A DNA stretch of 63,216 bases, the filler included, from Basidiobolus ranarum (taxonomy: Eukaryota), in assembly GCA_040143965.1 (NCBI GenBank). It is 38 parts of 38 records of this genome, joined end to end, with 100 filler letters (N's around TTAATTAATTAA, not from the genome) between each part and the next. Parts side by side here need not be neighbours in the genome. Positions count along the whole stretch, not along the records: positions 48,380 to 49,940 come from JASJQH010011713.1; positions 50,041 to 51,601 come from JASJQH010011714.1; positions 51,702 to 53,261 come from JASJQH010011715.1; positions 53,362 to 54,921 come from JASJQH010011716.1; positions 55,022 to 56,580 come from JASJQH010011717.1; positions 56,681 to 58,239 come from JASJQH010011718.1; positions 58,340 to 59,898 come from JASJQH010011719.1; 31 more parts are not named here. The stretch is one strand, 5' to 3'. Below the pieces are notes generated by a model. It worked only from the letters and a program-made list of their open reading frames with translations. It was not told the DNA's origin and searched no databases. The first letter of the stretch is position 1. Each line of letters starts with the position of its first letter. Both the position numbers and the translations under genes were made by a program. Positions 48,380 through 59,998 of the stretch are shown piece by piece.

Positions 48380-48657
48380 CACATTGTAAAGCCAAGGATT
48401 TCACGAAGAAAGGACTGGTAAGATCACTGCTGTAGTCATCAAACAATTGGATACCTGCTTGCTATTAGCGTGACAAAGTAATGTTTACATATCAATACAA
48501 GCCTTCAATGCTTTGAAGAAATTAGTAGACCTACCATGTTACATCCGTCGATACAACCACCAGCAGAAGGAATGTTGTAGCAATTGGCAGGGGCAGCATC
48601 AATGATGCTCATGGCACCCAAGACAGAAAGAAGAAGACAGAAGACCTTTGAAGACAT
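48380..48657 (-). CDS. Small secreted Cys-containing protein, two exons (48657-48535; 48461 to contig edge)
   Basis: MSSKVFCLLLSVLGAMSIIDA-APANCYNIPSAGGCIDGCNM / 73-nt GTAGGT...TAG intron / QAGIQLFDDYSSDLTSPFFVKSLALQC; TATAAAA ~50 bp upstream. Not in the ORF track. Confidence 0.8.
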
Positions 48658-50041
48658 GATGAAAACGAATTGCTTGGATACTTTTTGCGTAGAATTTTTT
48701 CTCTTTTATAAAGATAGTAGGTGTCATGTTGTTGCTGCTTCGAAGGATGTTACTTGTCCGGACAATATAGTGAATCTTTTACTAATATCATTCTATGGCA
48801 AGATGCTAACCTGCCGTGTCACTTCGGTGCTCTTCACTTATTTCGACACATAGCACTTTAATGCATATTAAAACAAGGCTGTGCCAATGGTCATACCTCA
48901 TGACCATGCTGTATCATTTACCTAGGCTGCGATAAAAACCTCAGAAGTGTCTAGTTCCAGTTATTCTCTCCTCTGTTTCACTTGCTCAATCGGGCAAAAT
49001 TTTATAAGGTAATAATCTTGGTAAACTAACATGATTTGATCAGATAAGACCTGTTTGAAATTTTCATTTTACTTGATAATATATATATTTGCGGTGTACG
49101 AACGAAAAAGGATGTAGCGAGTGAGTTTTGGGTGCATGTTGGTAGGAATAATTGGTCATAAATCATTATCAGATTTGAGAGTTGTAAGTATTGGGCAAAG
49201 TTCCCCAATATGGAAAATCAGATAATTAAAGAAATATATCTGATGTAAACTCAGTAAGCTAGTATTAAAGGGAGAATATTGAATACTAAACAAATTGAAC
49301 ACTACAGAATAATAGGATGCAATCAGCATATAGATCACCTTTACCTATTGAATTCTTGAACTGAATAGATGTCGTATTTGATGAATGGATTATTTACCAA
49401 GAATTGACAAATTATTGTGAATACTGTCCACTAAAGAATGATGAAGCTTGGTTTGATGTCTGGCATTATAAATTGACTGAAACGATTCATTATCAAAAGG
49501 GCACACCTTTGACTAATTATGGTTGAAAGTATGGTGATATTAGTTAACAATTGTGTACGGGTATCTGAAGATCCACTACGTTACACATCAACGCGTGTAA
49601 ATCATAGCTCTTTCAAACCTGTAGTGTAACAGTAGTCAATTTGAGAATACTCCCGATTTGAGTTCAAATTATATCCATTGTATAATAAAACTTGAACGAT
49701 TCTCAATTACGGACAAGGAGAGTAATGGAACTATGTCTAATTCAAAAGATAATTGTGGGAACACAGCATGCTAACTATATGAAATGACATCGAGCTAATG
49801 TATAACGATAGATGTTAATGAATATACAAAGCATAAATATCTATCAATTCTTGAGATTTGTTAATATTAATTACTTTCGGAACATTACTGCCACTTAACT
49901 ACGAAAAAGCCATTTGGATAATAAGCAATGTATACCGATTNNNNNNNNNNNNNNNNNNNNNNNNNNNNNNNNNNNNNNNNNNNNTTAATTAATTAANNNN
50001 NNNNNNNNNNNNNNNNNNNNNNNNNNNNNNNNNNNNNNNNT

Positions 50042-50806
50042 CAACTCAATCTCATTAACCCCAAGACCTTAGAAGTTGTTCGCAACCTTTTGAAGGAAAC
50101 TACCAAGTGGTTTGATGAAGAACTCTTCCATATCGGTGGTGATGAAGTCAACATGAAATGTTGGGAAACTTCTCCTGGCTATCCTGAATACCTTGAGAAG
50201 CACAACACTACCTTGGATGCTCTATTTGCCAACTTCATCCACCAAGATCATAAGTATATCAGAGAGAATAAGAAGACCCCCGTTACCTGGCAGGGAGCTC
50301 TCCTTACTCAAAATGTTACCATGGACAAGGATGTTGTTGTCCAAACATGGCTCGGAAACTCTGCTACCGTTGCCGCTGTCCGTTTAGGTCATCGTGTTAT
50401 TGCCTCCAACTACGAGCACATGTACTTGGATTGTGGACACGGTGCTTGGATTGGATCTAGTCTTGGTAACTCCTGGTGCGATCCTTACAAGTCATGGCAA
50501 GTAATCTACAATTACGATCTCACAGCCAACATGACTGAGAGTGAAGCCAAGCTTGTTATTGGTGGTGAGACCGCCATGTGGGGAGAACAAGTTGATGGTG
50601 TTAACTTTGACTCTCGTGTATGGCCCCGTGCTTCATCCTCTGCTGAAGTTCTCTGGAGCGGCAACAAGCTTACCAACGGAACCATCAGACCCACTGCTGA
50701 TGTTTCCCCCAGAATTAATGAGATGCGGGCTCGTCTTGTTGATCGCGGAATTGGTGCTTCTACTCTCCAACCTCTCTGGTGTCAACGTTTCCCTGGCATG
50801 TGCTAG
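50042..50806 (+). CDS. Beta-N-acetylhexosaminidase (GH20), C-terminal catalytic half
   Basis: FHIGGDEV catalytic motif, YLDCGHG, WCDPYKSWQ, IGGETAMWGE, VWPRAS, PLWC; strong codon bias. Confidence 0.96.
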   Translation, partial: QLNLINPKTLEVVRNLLKETTKWFDEELFHIGGDEVNMKCWETSPGYPEYLEKHNTTLDALFANFIHQDHKYIRENKKTPVTWQGALLTQNVTMDKDVVVQTWLGNSATVAAVRLGHRVIASNYEHMYLDCGHGAWIGSSLGNSWCDPYKSWQVIYNYDLTANMTESEAKLVIGGETAMWGEQVDGVNFDSRVWPRASSSAEVLWSGNKLTNGTIRPTADVSPRINEMRARLVDRGIGASTLQPLWCQRFPGMC

Positions 50807-51374
50807 ACCACCTGATATCACTTGTATCGCAGTTTGCCCTTCTATTTGGGTAAAATATATCGACAAGATATTCATCAATTTTTTACATATTCTTTTTAGA
50901 GATCTAACGAAGCTCAATACCTGTATAGCATAAAGGGATCACCGTGATGAATCAAGGATACTATACTTTCTCATTACATAAAATAAAATCTCAGTGTCTA
51001 TAAATATATATCACAGCAGTTGTATATTTCTCATATTTTTAGAGGATTTGTAGCTTCTTTTTCTCTTTTTGCCATTTATTTTAGTCTGTTGCAAAGGTCT
51101 GAGCTTCAAGAAGCTTAAGGAAAGAAACAAAGCAAACCGACATATATAGCCAGTGGGACTTACGCTCAGGTTTAATCTACATTTGGATTGCTATATACTA
51201 TTGAATGGACTCATCATTCACCAATAATTACTCAGCTAGCATATGCGCTGACAATACAATTTATATCAGGTAAGTGATTCATAATATGTTACTTTGTAGA
51301 GAGTATGATATATTGCTAGCACTAATTTATAATCTACTATTTCTAATCCGGAATATGTTAAAATTTGCATAGCT

Positions 51375-51490
51375 TAGGCTTTGGGGGGGATGACAAGTAT
51401 CAGTTGGGGTATACTTTGCTGAGCTTACATGCTATAGTAAACAAAGTGGCATTTGGGATATCAATCCTCTAAGATATTGTGACACTATAT
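51375..51490 (-). mobile_element. Old, diverged family C 3' end
   Basis: GGGGGGGATGACAAG...AAACAAAG...ATCAATCCTCTAAGATATTGTGACA aligns with 22824-22925. Confidence 0.6.
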
Positions 51491-51491
51491 G

Positions 51492-51601
51492 TGTTAAAGT
51501 ATTTGGGAGCCTGTTGGAAGTGGTTTGGAGAATTAGAGGAATTGGTGGTTTTCACTTATTGAGTTGACATTTATAGTTTTGTCAAGATGTAAACAAACTA
51601 A
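51492..51601 (-). repeat. Copia LTR type 1 (partial)
   Basis: TGTTAAAGTATTTGGGAGCCTGTTGG... as at 1374. Confidence 0.9.
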
Positions 51602-51701
51602 NNNNNNNNNNNNNNNNNNNNNNNNNNNNNNNNNNNNNNNNNNNNTTAATTAATTAANNNNNNNNNNNNNNNNNNNNNNNNNNNNNNNNNNNNNNNNNNN
51701 N

Positions 51702-51924
51702 GCTTAGATCATAACTAACCTGCCTGTTAGGCCTGGATGAAAGTTTGAGGTGATTTGGAGAGTTTTGAGAAAATAGTGAAAGTTGGTAAAACTTATCTGA
51801 TTGATATTTCTGTCAATTAGAGCAATAAACACATGATTTTGAATGGCAGAATTGAGTGCTAAATAATCAGAATATGAATACACTAACTACTAAATAATGA
51901 GTTGCTATTTACCTAATTTCAACA
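51702..51924 (-). repeat. Copia LTR type 4 (partial)
   Basis: Reverse complement of 25404-25628. Confidence 0.85.
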
Positions 51925-53261
51925 AAAACCCAGTAATATGCCATTTGAAAATTGAATATATGCAAAAGTTGCTGGAAAGTAAATAAGGCATGCCAAATGT
52001 GAGAATCAATATTTTCACATGTATGAATACCATTAAATACCATCAAGAGGCTACTTTGTTACCATACTAATCCCTGGCAGAATGCAAGCCACCAAAAATA
52101 CAATGGTCCTCTGACAGTTCTGCAATCCAAAGGGCAGATCTGATCTGGATCAAAATGATTTTATTTATGTTAGAGACAGTGGATTAAGTGAGCAAAACTA
52201 AAGTCAATTTTGTGCACTTAGTACAGTTGATATTTGCCATGCTTTGTGCAGCTGGTGGCTTTATACAGTGACAGTGCTTGAAATTTGTTTTTGTGAAGAC
52301 ACCAGCCTTCATAGCACAAAGGTTTGTAACAAAAACAGCAGGGCTTCATTAAATTTTTGTGTTGTAGCATGAGAAGGATATCTTAGAAATATAACACCTC
52401 CTACATAAGGGTAGTGTTTGAGGTATATCCCATCAATATCATCAGCTGATTCTGACACAGTGCCACTGATGAGTCATCAGGGGATATACAAGATATTACT
52501 GGTGATGGATGGTAATTTTTTTTTTACAAGCTGTTTCTAAGCAATTTCATAACACCAAGTATACCATCTGAAAATATCAATGCCATTCAATAAGTGTTCA
52601 AAATCTAGTTCAAAATTGGCTTCCAAGCCTGAGCCTACTGCCACAAAAGGAAAAAAACTGGCAAGAACAGAGGACTTAATTGATAAGCAGACCAGCAATC
52701 CACTATCCACTTTGGAAGGCATTAACATGCTATAAACTAACTCAAATAATGATGAAGAATTAATCAATTTACCAGATGTGTTCCTTTCCAGCAATAGTGC
52801 AAGTGAAGGGATTGTAATCCCCCAATTACATAGTAAATCAATAGTTGAGCAAAGTTCAACCAAAACACCATCAAGACTATCAACTTCCAAAATGGCTTCT
52901 TTGCCCACTATTGAAGAACCCTCCATAGCAAATGTTAATAGAACTTTTACAACAAGGGAATTGCAGGCAGTACACCATAATGATTTGTATGTAACTGTAA
53001 GTAAAAGCTATGAAGTTGCTATATAGGCCAAGACAAGCAATAATGCCGCAATATTGCAATTAATGCAGTGTTCAGAAGCAACTAGTCAACAGTTAGAGAG
53101 TTATTCAGCAATGATACAAGACTTTCAGAATGCTGTACTTGAGCTACAGCAACAAGTTGTTCCCTCCATCCATTCCCATATGGGATTTCAATCAATCCCA
53201 CACTGTGCATGTGAATGTCACCATGACAATCTAGCAGAGCAGATTATGTATTGGACCATTG
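51925..53261. mobile_element. Rearranged CACTA-like pieces: transposase 3' fragment (plus) fused to an inverted core (transposase start minus, ORF2 plus from ~52580)
   Basis: 51925-52172 resembles 44558-44806; 52190-53261 resembles the reverse complement of 40480-41550. Confidence 0.8.
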
Positions 53262-53361
53262 NNNNNNNNNNNNNNNNNNNNNNNNNNNNNNNNNNNNNNN
53301 NNNNNTTAATTAATTAANNNNNNNNNNNNNNNNNNNNNNNNNNNNNNNNNNNNNNNNNNNN

Positions 53362-54027
53362 AGGAGTCTCTTTGATTTGGAGTCATCTGGTACATCTCTG
53401 CAACGGTCTAGACTGCTCCAACTTGCCCTTGGGAATATCTTCTGATTCAATAAATTGTCTTGCTCTTCTCTTTACACCCTTGTTGATTACTCTTGCCAGA
53501 GTGTCCTGAAATGTTGTTTTGAACTCTGCAACCTCCATCAACAGTTACTGCAAAGTCTCATTGAGTAGTGGTAGATATCTATTTAGAACATCTTTTGTCT
53601 CCAAAGTTGAGGCTGCAATGGTTGCTTCTGGTCCATACAAGCAAATATGCAATTGGAATTGTGTCTTTGGGGACTCAAGATTCAAATTCCTATTTCTCAA
53701 TTCATGTTTTCTATCCTCATGAGTATTATTGTATATTTTCTTGCAGACTTCTGAAGGCATGAAGATATAGTATTCTCTACAAAGCAGAGTCAAAAGGTGC
53801 TTCCACTTTTGTCTAATGCTCTCTTCCTCAGCTTCTGTCAAGTTTATCAATAACTCCCATATATCCAAGCACAAATTCATAGCAGATATCTGGGCATCTG
53901 TAAAATCATTAGGCATACACTTCTTTGCGCCACCCACACCTTCATTTGACTGTGTGCAAAAAATTTTGGAAGTAGTGGTTTCCTGTACCAAAGTCGGTAG
54001 TGAATCAGGAAGAATCTGTTTTGACAT
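53362..54027 (-). mobile_element. PIF/Harbinger accessory ORF (Myb/SANT-like N-terminus, tentative)
   Basis: FTDAQISAM...IWELL...ESIRQKWKHLL resembles a Myb/SANT-like aromatic pattern; divergent from a DDE transposase; second copy in contig 17. Confidence 0.55.
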
Positions 54028-54370
54028 GATACATAACCACCATATATATCTATGATGTTAGACTTTATTGGCTTGAATCAGAATTAGGGATCTTTTTATA
54101 TTATTGGTTAAATTGTCAAAGTTAATTTCCTATAGTATGTATGCTAAATAAATTGATTTGGATCAAACTATGATTAACTTTGCTGATGCAGTTTGTTATA
54201 TAATTTTCATGCAATTACACATAATTAAAATAATTAGGATAATAAATGCAAACACAAATTTTATTACACAGAATGTAGGGAATTTAACATGATACTTGAA
54301 ATTCTTAGATAAATAACTTGCACGCACCAGATTGATCAATGTTGTGCCAGCTCAATGCAAGATTAATATC

Positions 54371-54921
54371 ATGCTCTCCATCTACTCTAAATGGTCATTC
54401 CTCATTAATCCAAAAGCGACTACTGGCTTTCCTATCACCACACTAGAAGCTATATTTGAGAAATACTGTGGCTCATATACTCCAATACCCACCAGAAAGC
54501 AGCTAGTCAATTTGATTTGTTACTACAAAAACTATTGTCCAATCAGATTTTAGTGCACTATTAATGGTAGCAAAAGTGGGAGAAGCTACCATACCAGGCT
54601 TCAAGTAAGTGAGAATTATCTAGCTTCAGTGATGAATGATGTTGAAGATGCCTGGGACAAAAGATTTAGAGACTCTAATTTCCTTCTATTTCCTGGAGTA
54701 TTTCCCAATAGAGTTCATATCAGATGTATTCTTGACACATTTCCAGTCTGAATTAACAGGCCCAAAGCAACCAAAAGCAATTCTATTCTGGTAAGTACAA
54801 AGCCCACTGTGTAAAGTTCCAGGCTTTGAGAGATTTGGAAGGAAACATCATTTGGTTTAGTGGGCCACATCCAGGGAAACACCATGACAAAAGGCTTTGG
54901 GTTGAGAGGCATGCACCATTT
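54371..54921 (+). mobile_element. PIF/Harbinger-type (DDE_Tnp_4-like) transposase, degenerate
   Basis: Manual translation across two stops and a frameshift: RCILDTFPV*INRPK / QFYSGKYKAHCVKFQALRDLEGNIIWFSGPHPGKHHDKRLW. Confidence 0.85.
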
Positions 54922-55021
54922 NNNNNNNNNNNNNNNNNNNNNNNNNNNNNNNNNNNNNNNNNNNNTTAATTAATTAANNNNNNNNNNNNNNNNNNNNNNN
55001 NNNNNNNNNNNNNNNNNNNNN

Positions 55022-55271
55022 CAGACCTGAAAGGATTGTATCCAATATTGTTTGGCCCGATCAAATGCACATTTTTAACTTTAGTTGACTGTTTGAAGAA
55101 TTCTGCACTATTCTGGAACATTTTGTCAACCAAAGCTTGGTCGACTCCATGGTTCTTGAGATAAAAGAATCCTATGGTCGTGCTAGCCTCACCCACTTGC
55201 TTTGCACACTCTTGCAAGTTGGTAGAAAATAGAGAGAGATCAATTACTGGTATTTCAGTGAAGTGTGGCAT
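55022..55271 (-). CDS. 2-oxoglutarate/Fe(II) dioxygenase, N-terminal (DIOX_N-like) part
   Basis: IPVIDLS...QVGEASTTIGFFYLKNHGVD...FF...NIGY; TATATAAA ~60 bp upstream. Confidence 0.92.
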
Positions 55272-56337
55272 CAGAAATTGCTAGCTGACTAGTGTAAGGA
55301 CAGTAAAGCTAGAAACAAAGTGTCCAGGCTTTATATAAGATCTTGGTAATGATAAGCATGTGAGTGTTCCGAGTGGCAAGACATGTAGGAAACACATCGC
55401 CGATCGGGAGCTTTATTTGAGTGGGGTGTTAACATCATCCTATTTTATTTCCTTACTTGTTCTCTCCTTACTCCCATCTAATACTCACCGAGTATATGGC
55501 TTTTCTTATAGATGCATATACTCTCTTTGGTATATTAGTCACACGGATTGGTTTAGATGTGTCATTCCACAGAAGGTAAGGGGAGAAGGAATAAATAGGA
55601 ACGATTCAATGGCTATAGTTGCAGTATATTTACGTTTACTGAGATACTCAAAGTAACATTTTAAAAATGAATTATTGCTAACACACTCTACGTGGAAGTT
55701 ATCCGCTCTATTGTTGATATAGCCATATAGACTTTCTGTGACTTTACTTTATATGGTCACAGTCTTAGTGCAGTATTACAATAGCATTCAATTAGTTTCA
55801 TATCGTTAGCCAAATAACTACGCTAATCGTTACTAAAAGCCTATATATCTCATCTTTTAATTTCTGTGAATGATTCATGTTTTAAGTGCTATTTTGAGGA
55901 ACTCCACATCAATATTGGTAGTTATTTTATATTACATATGATTATGCAACAAGTTAATCCCAATGGATCAATATGCCATTAAAAGTAAGAGTACCGCATT
56001 TCATGGATCAAATCTTTTTTCCTGGATGGATGCAAAATGCTCAATCCACTGATATTATTTCCCTCAAATACTTCAACAATTCTACACATAACTGCTAGTT
56101 TGCCTCAGTGAAGGCACAAGCTTTCTTCTTGGATGGAACAATAATCAGAGTCAAGCTATAAGCATAATTGAGTGAATTTAGAGAGGTGCAATATGCAGAA
56201 CCTGCCATTCTGCTAGTCTGCTCATTTAATTATCTATTATGTAACAGAAACATGTTTCTAAAGGAGTGAATATGAGGCTGAGTAGAGTAAAACGGCATAT
56301 ATGTTGTTGTAATAGTAAGGGAGGGTAAGGATGAGAA

Positions 56338-56480
56338 TGTTAAAGCATTTTGGAGCCTGTTGGAAGTGGTTTAGAGAATTAGTAAAATTGGTGGTTTTCA
56401 CTTATTGATGTATTGAGCAGAAAGTTGACCTGTATAGTTTTGTCAAGATGAAACCAGACTAACATCTAGAATATGTTAAG
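56338..56480 (-). repeat. Copia LTR1 fragment truncated by a family A element
   Basis: Matches 1374-1517 and stops at ...AATATGTTAAG. Confidence 0.88.
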
Positions 56481-56580
56481 GGTTAGGGGGAGACAGTCAC
56501 CAACAGGTGAAATCTTTATTTCAAACAAAACAAAGAAGCCATAACTACTTTTGTAGTTTCCTAACTAATGTATGGAGATC
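56481..56580 (-). mobile_element. Family A 3' end
   Basis: Plus strand GGTTAGGGGGAGACAGTCACCAACAGGTGAAATCTTTATT... Confidence 0.78.
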
Positions 56581-56680
56581 NNNNNNNNNNNNNNNNNNNN
56601 NNNNNNNNNNNNNNNNNNNNNNNNTTAATTAATTAANNNNNNNNNNNNNNNNNNNNNNNNNNNNNNNNNNNNNNNNNNNN

Positions 56681-58239
56681 ATTTGAACAGTTATCTAATG
56701 GGGTTCAGATGGGTGAATATTTTATTAAAGCTAATATCATTGTATGTATTGGTGACACTCCTGCCATCAGTAAACTTGGAGGTTTTTGCGGGCACAATGC
56801 ACTATCTTGCTGTAGATTTTGTCAAATCAATGGAGTTTACTCTAACAGGCATACACATTACTACTATCCAAATACAACACTAAACTTCATGATTTTACCA
56901 TCAAGAGCCTGGTCAGATTTCAATATGATCACTGATATCAATTCACCAAATAGTCTGTCTAACATCAAACTTGATATTAGCCATAAGCCTGAGATTTTAT
57001 TGCTAAAGGGGATCAGCTGGAGCCAGAGCTTCCCATTAGGCATTATGCACTTACTATTCAACAGCATTCCAATACTACTTACTCAGCTATATAGTGGAAA
57101 ATTCAATATGAATCAGCCATTCAAGATAGGATCAAAGTTTGAATTGATTGGGAAAATGCTTGAAAACGTCAAGATACCATCATATTTTACCCAGACTCCC
57201 ATCAATATCCACTCATCTAGGCATTTATTCAAATGCAAAGACTGGAAGTATTGGATTTGTATATATTCAAGTGGAATTTTGAAAAGATTTCTGCCTGATA
57301 AGTATTGGCAACATTGGGAGTTGTTTGTGGATATTGTTAATATATTCTTATGGCATCAACTCACATTGGCAGATCTCAGGCAGATACAGCAGCTGTGCAA
57401 AGATTTTGTAATTGGATATGAAGAACTATATTACAGGTTTAAAGAAGATAGACTGAATCTATGCAGATATTCAATACATTCCCTGCTGCATCATTCACAA
57501 TGCTTAGAGATTATAGGCCCTTGCTATACATTCTGGCAGTTCCCAAAGGAGTGCACCTGCGGTGAAATGATGCTCTGTGTAAAATTGTCAGCATTGCCAT
57601 ATGCTAATCAGATTAACAATGTATCAGCAAAATCAGTGATGGATGTAATACAATGGGTTAAGGAGACTCCAGAGTATATTACCCTGCCAACAAAGGGCTC
57701 TTTTCAATGTGCTCATGGATTCTTGCATTGTTTGAGCACAATAACAGAAACAAAGCCCAATCCATGGACACAGAGTAAGTACCTTTATAATTGGACTAAT
57801 TTACTTGTTTAATAATCTGATGGTATTCTTAGGAAAGCTGCAAGACAGACTTCTTGGTAAGATAGATGGGGATATGGGGTGTTATTATTTTAGCCATGGG
57901 GTGATCTATTTAAGCACTGACACATCTACTTGTGGCAGAACATTTGTTAACTGCAAGTTGTGGATATATTGGCTGAATTCTTTATGGAAATTTGCCAAAA
58001 TTGTAGGGCTTATTCTCATTGTGAATGGCAACAAGAGTCAGCTATTTGCCAAGTGTCAGTGCTATTGAAAATTTCAGATATTTAGCAACTTTTCCACCGT
58101 TAGTTTGCTGGTAAAGCATATTGATGTTGTTGAGTTATGTCTAATCAGTCAAACATGTGCATATGTAGAGACTAAACACAACAAGATTCTTGTATTTTTT
58201 GATTCTCATTATGGCTGGAATACAAAGCCTAAAATATCT
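56681..58239 (+). mobile_element. Best-preserved CACTA/EnSpm-type transposase copy (ORF 56709-57812 plus downstream frames)
   Basis: GDTPAISKLGGFCGHNALSCCRFC, MHLLF, FKCKDWKYW, FVIGYEELYY, IHSLLH, GPCYTFWQFPKECTCG. Confidence 0.92.
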
Positions 58240-58396
58240 NNNNNNNNNNNNNNNNNNNNNNNNNNNNNNNNNNNNNNNNNNNNTTAATTAATTAANNNNN
58301 NNNNNNNNNNNNNNNNNNNNNNNNNNNNNNNNNNNNNNNAATTATGCACTAAAAGGTATGGTTCTGAGAACACACATTCTCAGAACTTAAATATCC

Positions 58397-58683
58397 TATA
58401 TATATATCAACGTATTAACATATGAATAAATTGAAGTTCTTAAGCTATTTGTTTACGACTTATCTTTCGCTTCCAACATCCTTATTCCTCATACCCTCTG
58501 CACACGTTGGAATTCTGACTGCTATCTTATCGGTGAATAATTGTTAATCAACAACCAAATAGCAGCGAATATTGATGTGTGCAGAGTATATGAAGAATAA
58601 AGATTTTGGAAGCTTAAGATGCTATGTGAACAATGGCTTAGGAACTTCAATTTATTTATATGTTAACTTGATATATATATATA
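58397..58683. repeat. Long fold-back (~125-bp arms, ~33-nt loop) bounded by (TA)n
   Basis: 58397-58525 is roughly 80% complementary to 58559-58683 by manual alignment. Confidence 0.9.
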
Positions 58684-58983
58684 ATTAGATTTCTGACAAG
58701 TTTTTTTTGGTTAGTGCGCCATTTTGTATCTTCATTGTTATTCCATTTTTGGTAACAACAATAATCCATTTCACTCACCAAATAGTTTGATATACAGCAT
58801 TTCATGCAAAACAACATGGAGAGTATTTTGTAACAAGAACGTTTTCGAGGTATCCTCCCAAATGATCATCACAGATATAATTAATTAGCGATTTTTATAC
58901 GCACATACTCTAAAAATAAGGATATTGACTGAAATATAAACCTGAATCCCACACTTCAACCATAATAAATTTTGGGAAAAATA

Positions 58984-59055
58984 TGCCTACTGCCGGGATT
59001 GAACTGGCGACCTTCAGTTTACGAGACTGACGCGCTACCACTGCGCTAAGCAGGC
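58984..59055 (-). tRNA. tRNA-Thr(CGT)
   Basis: GCCTGCTTAGCGCAGTGGTAGCGCGTCAGTCTCGTAAACTGAAGGTCGCCAGTTCAATCCCGGCAGTAGGCA; cloverleaf with anticodon CGT, one A-C mismatch in the T stem, T5 terminator immediately downstream. Confidence 0.93.
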
Positions 59056-59998
59056 TTTTGTTTATTTGGATCCTGAGCTGAGTATAATTTCGAGATTTGG
59101 GTCACTGATAGATTGACTAATTATTTCAATCATGCCGTTTTTATATAGGGTGATCAAGGGAAAATGGAATGGCATTTCTGCCCGATTTGAGAGTTGTCTG
59201 TAGGAGCAATGAACCATTTCCGATGTTTTATAACTTCTGTCTTCGTCGTTCAGTATAAAATGTATTCCTAGGATAGAATAATATTAGGGAATTGTCTTCC
59301 TGAGATTTAGTAACGTTTCACATCCTAGTTTTAGGAATATGAATGTTTGAATACTTGTTTTATCGATTGCGGGATATATAGGAAAGGTACAAATATAAAA
59401 CTTGGTGCAAGTCTTGGCCATGAACTATGTGTAAATATAATGATTGAGGCATTATTTTGTTTCAAATGCTGTCACTTTATAAAAAAGTAAGCATTTTTTT
59501 GGGATTTATTATATCAATGATAGCAACGGATTGAAACTATAGAATGATGATAACAATTTAGTTATATCTATTCTTTTGGTGTTTTCAGTTCATTTCTTGT
59601 GAGATATTTTCACAGGCTTTGCGTATGATTTTAGATTTCCCTTGTTTACCTATTACTGTAACAACAAATCGTAACAACAAATCGTAACCAACAACTTGGA
59701 ATTTTCCATGATATCAATAGGTACAAAATTTGTGTTAGTATTTATGCTTAATTGCTTCGATTCACACTTTACACTCCTCAGTAAATGTTCTGGGAATCAT
59801 TAGTGATTTAAAGTTACCATGAATCAGAATCCTTTTCACAACTGGGCGGCTAGTGTAAAAGCATATAGATATTATTATCTTCGTCTAAATGGCATATANN
59901 NNNNNNNNNNNNNNNNNNNNNNNNNNNNNNNNNNNNNNNNNNTTAATTAATTAANNNNNNNNNNNNNNNNNNNNNNNNNNNNNNNNNNNNNNNNNNNN

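Noticed and set aside
48584-48853. 89-aa plus-strand ORF
   Set aside because: Overlaps the signal-peptide exon and promoter of the better-supported minus-strand gene.
50193-50933. Overlapping alternative ORFs on the GH20 gene
   Set aside because: Frame and antisense shadows of a codon-biased gene.
59659-59688. 13-bp tandem duplication TAACAACAAATCG
   Set aside because: Two copies only; ordinary slippage in intergenic DNA.
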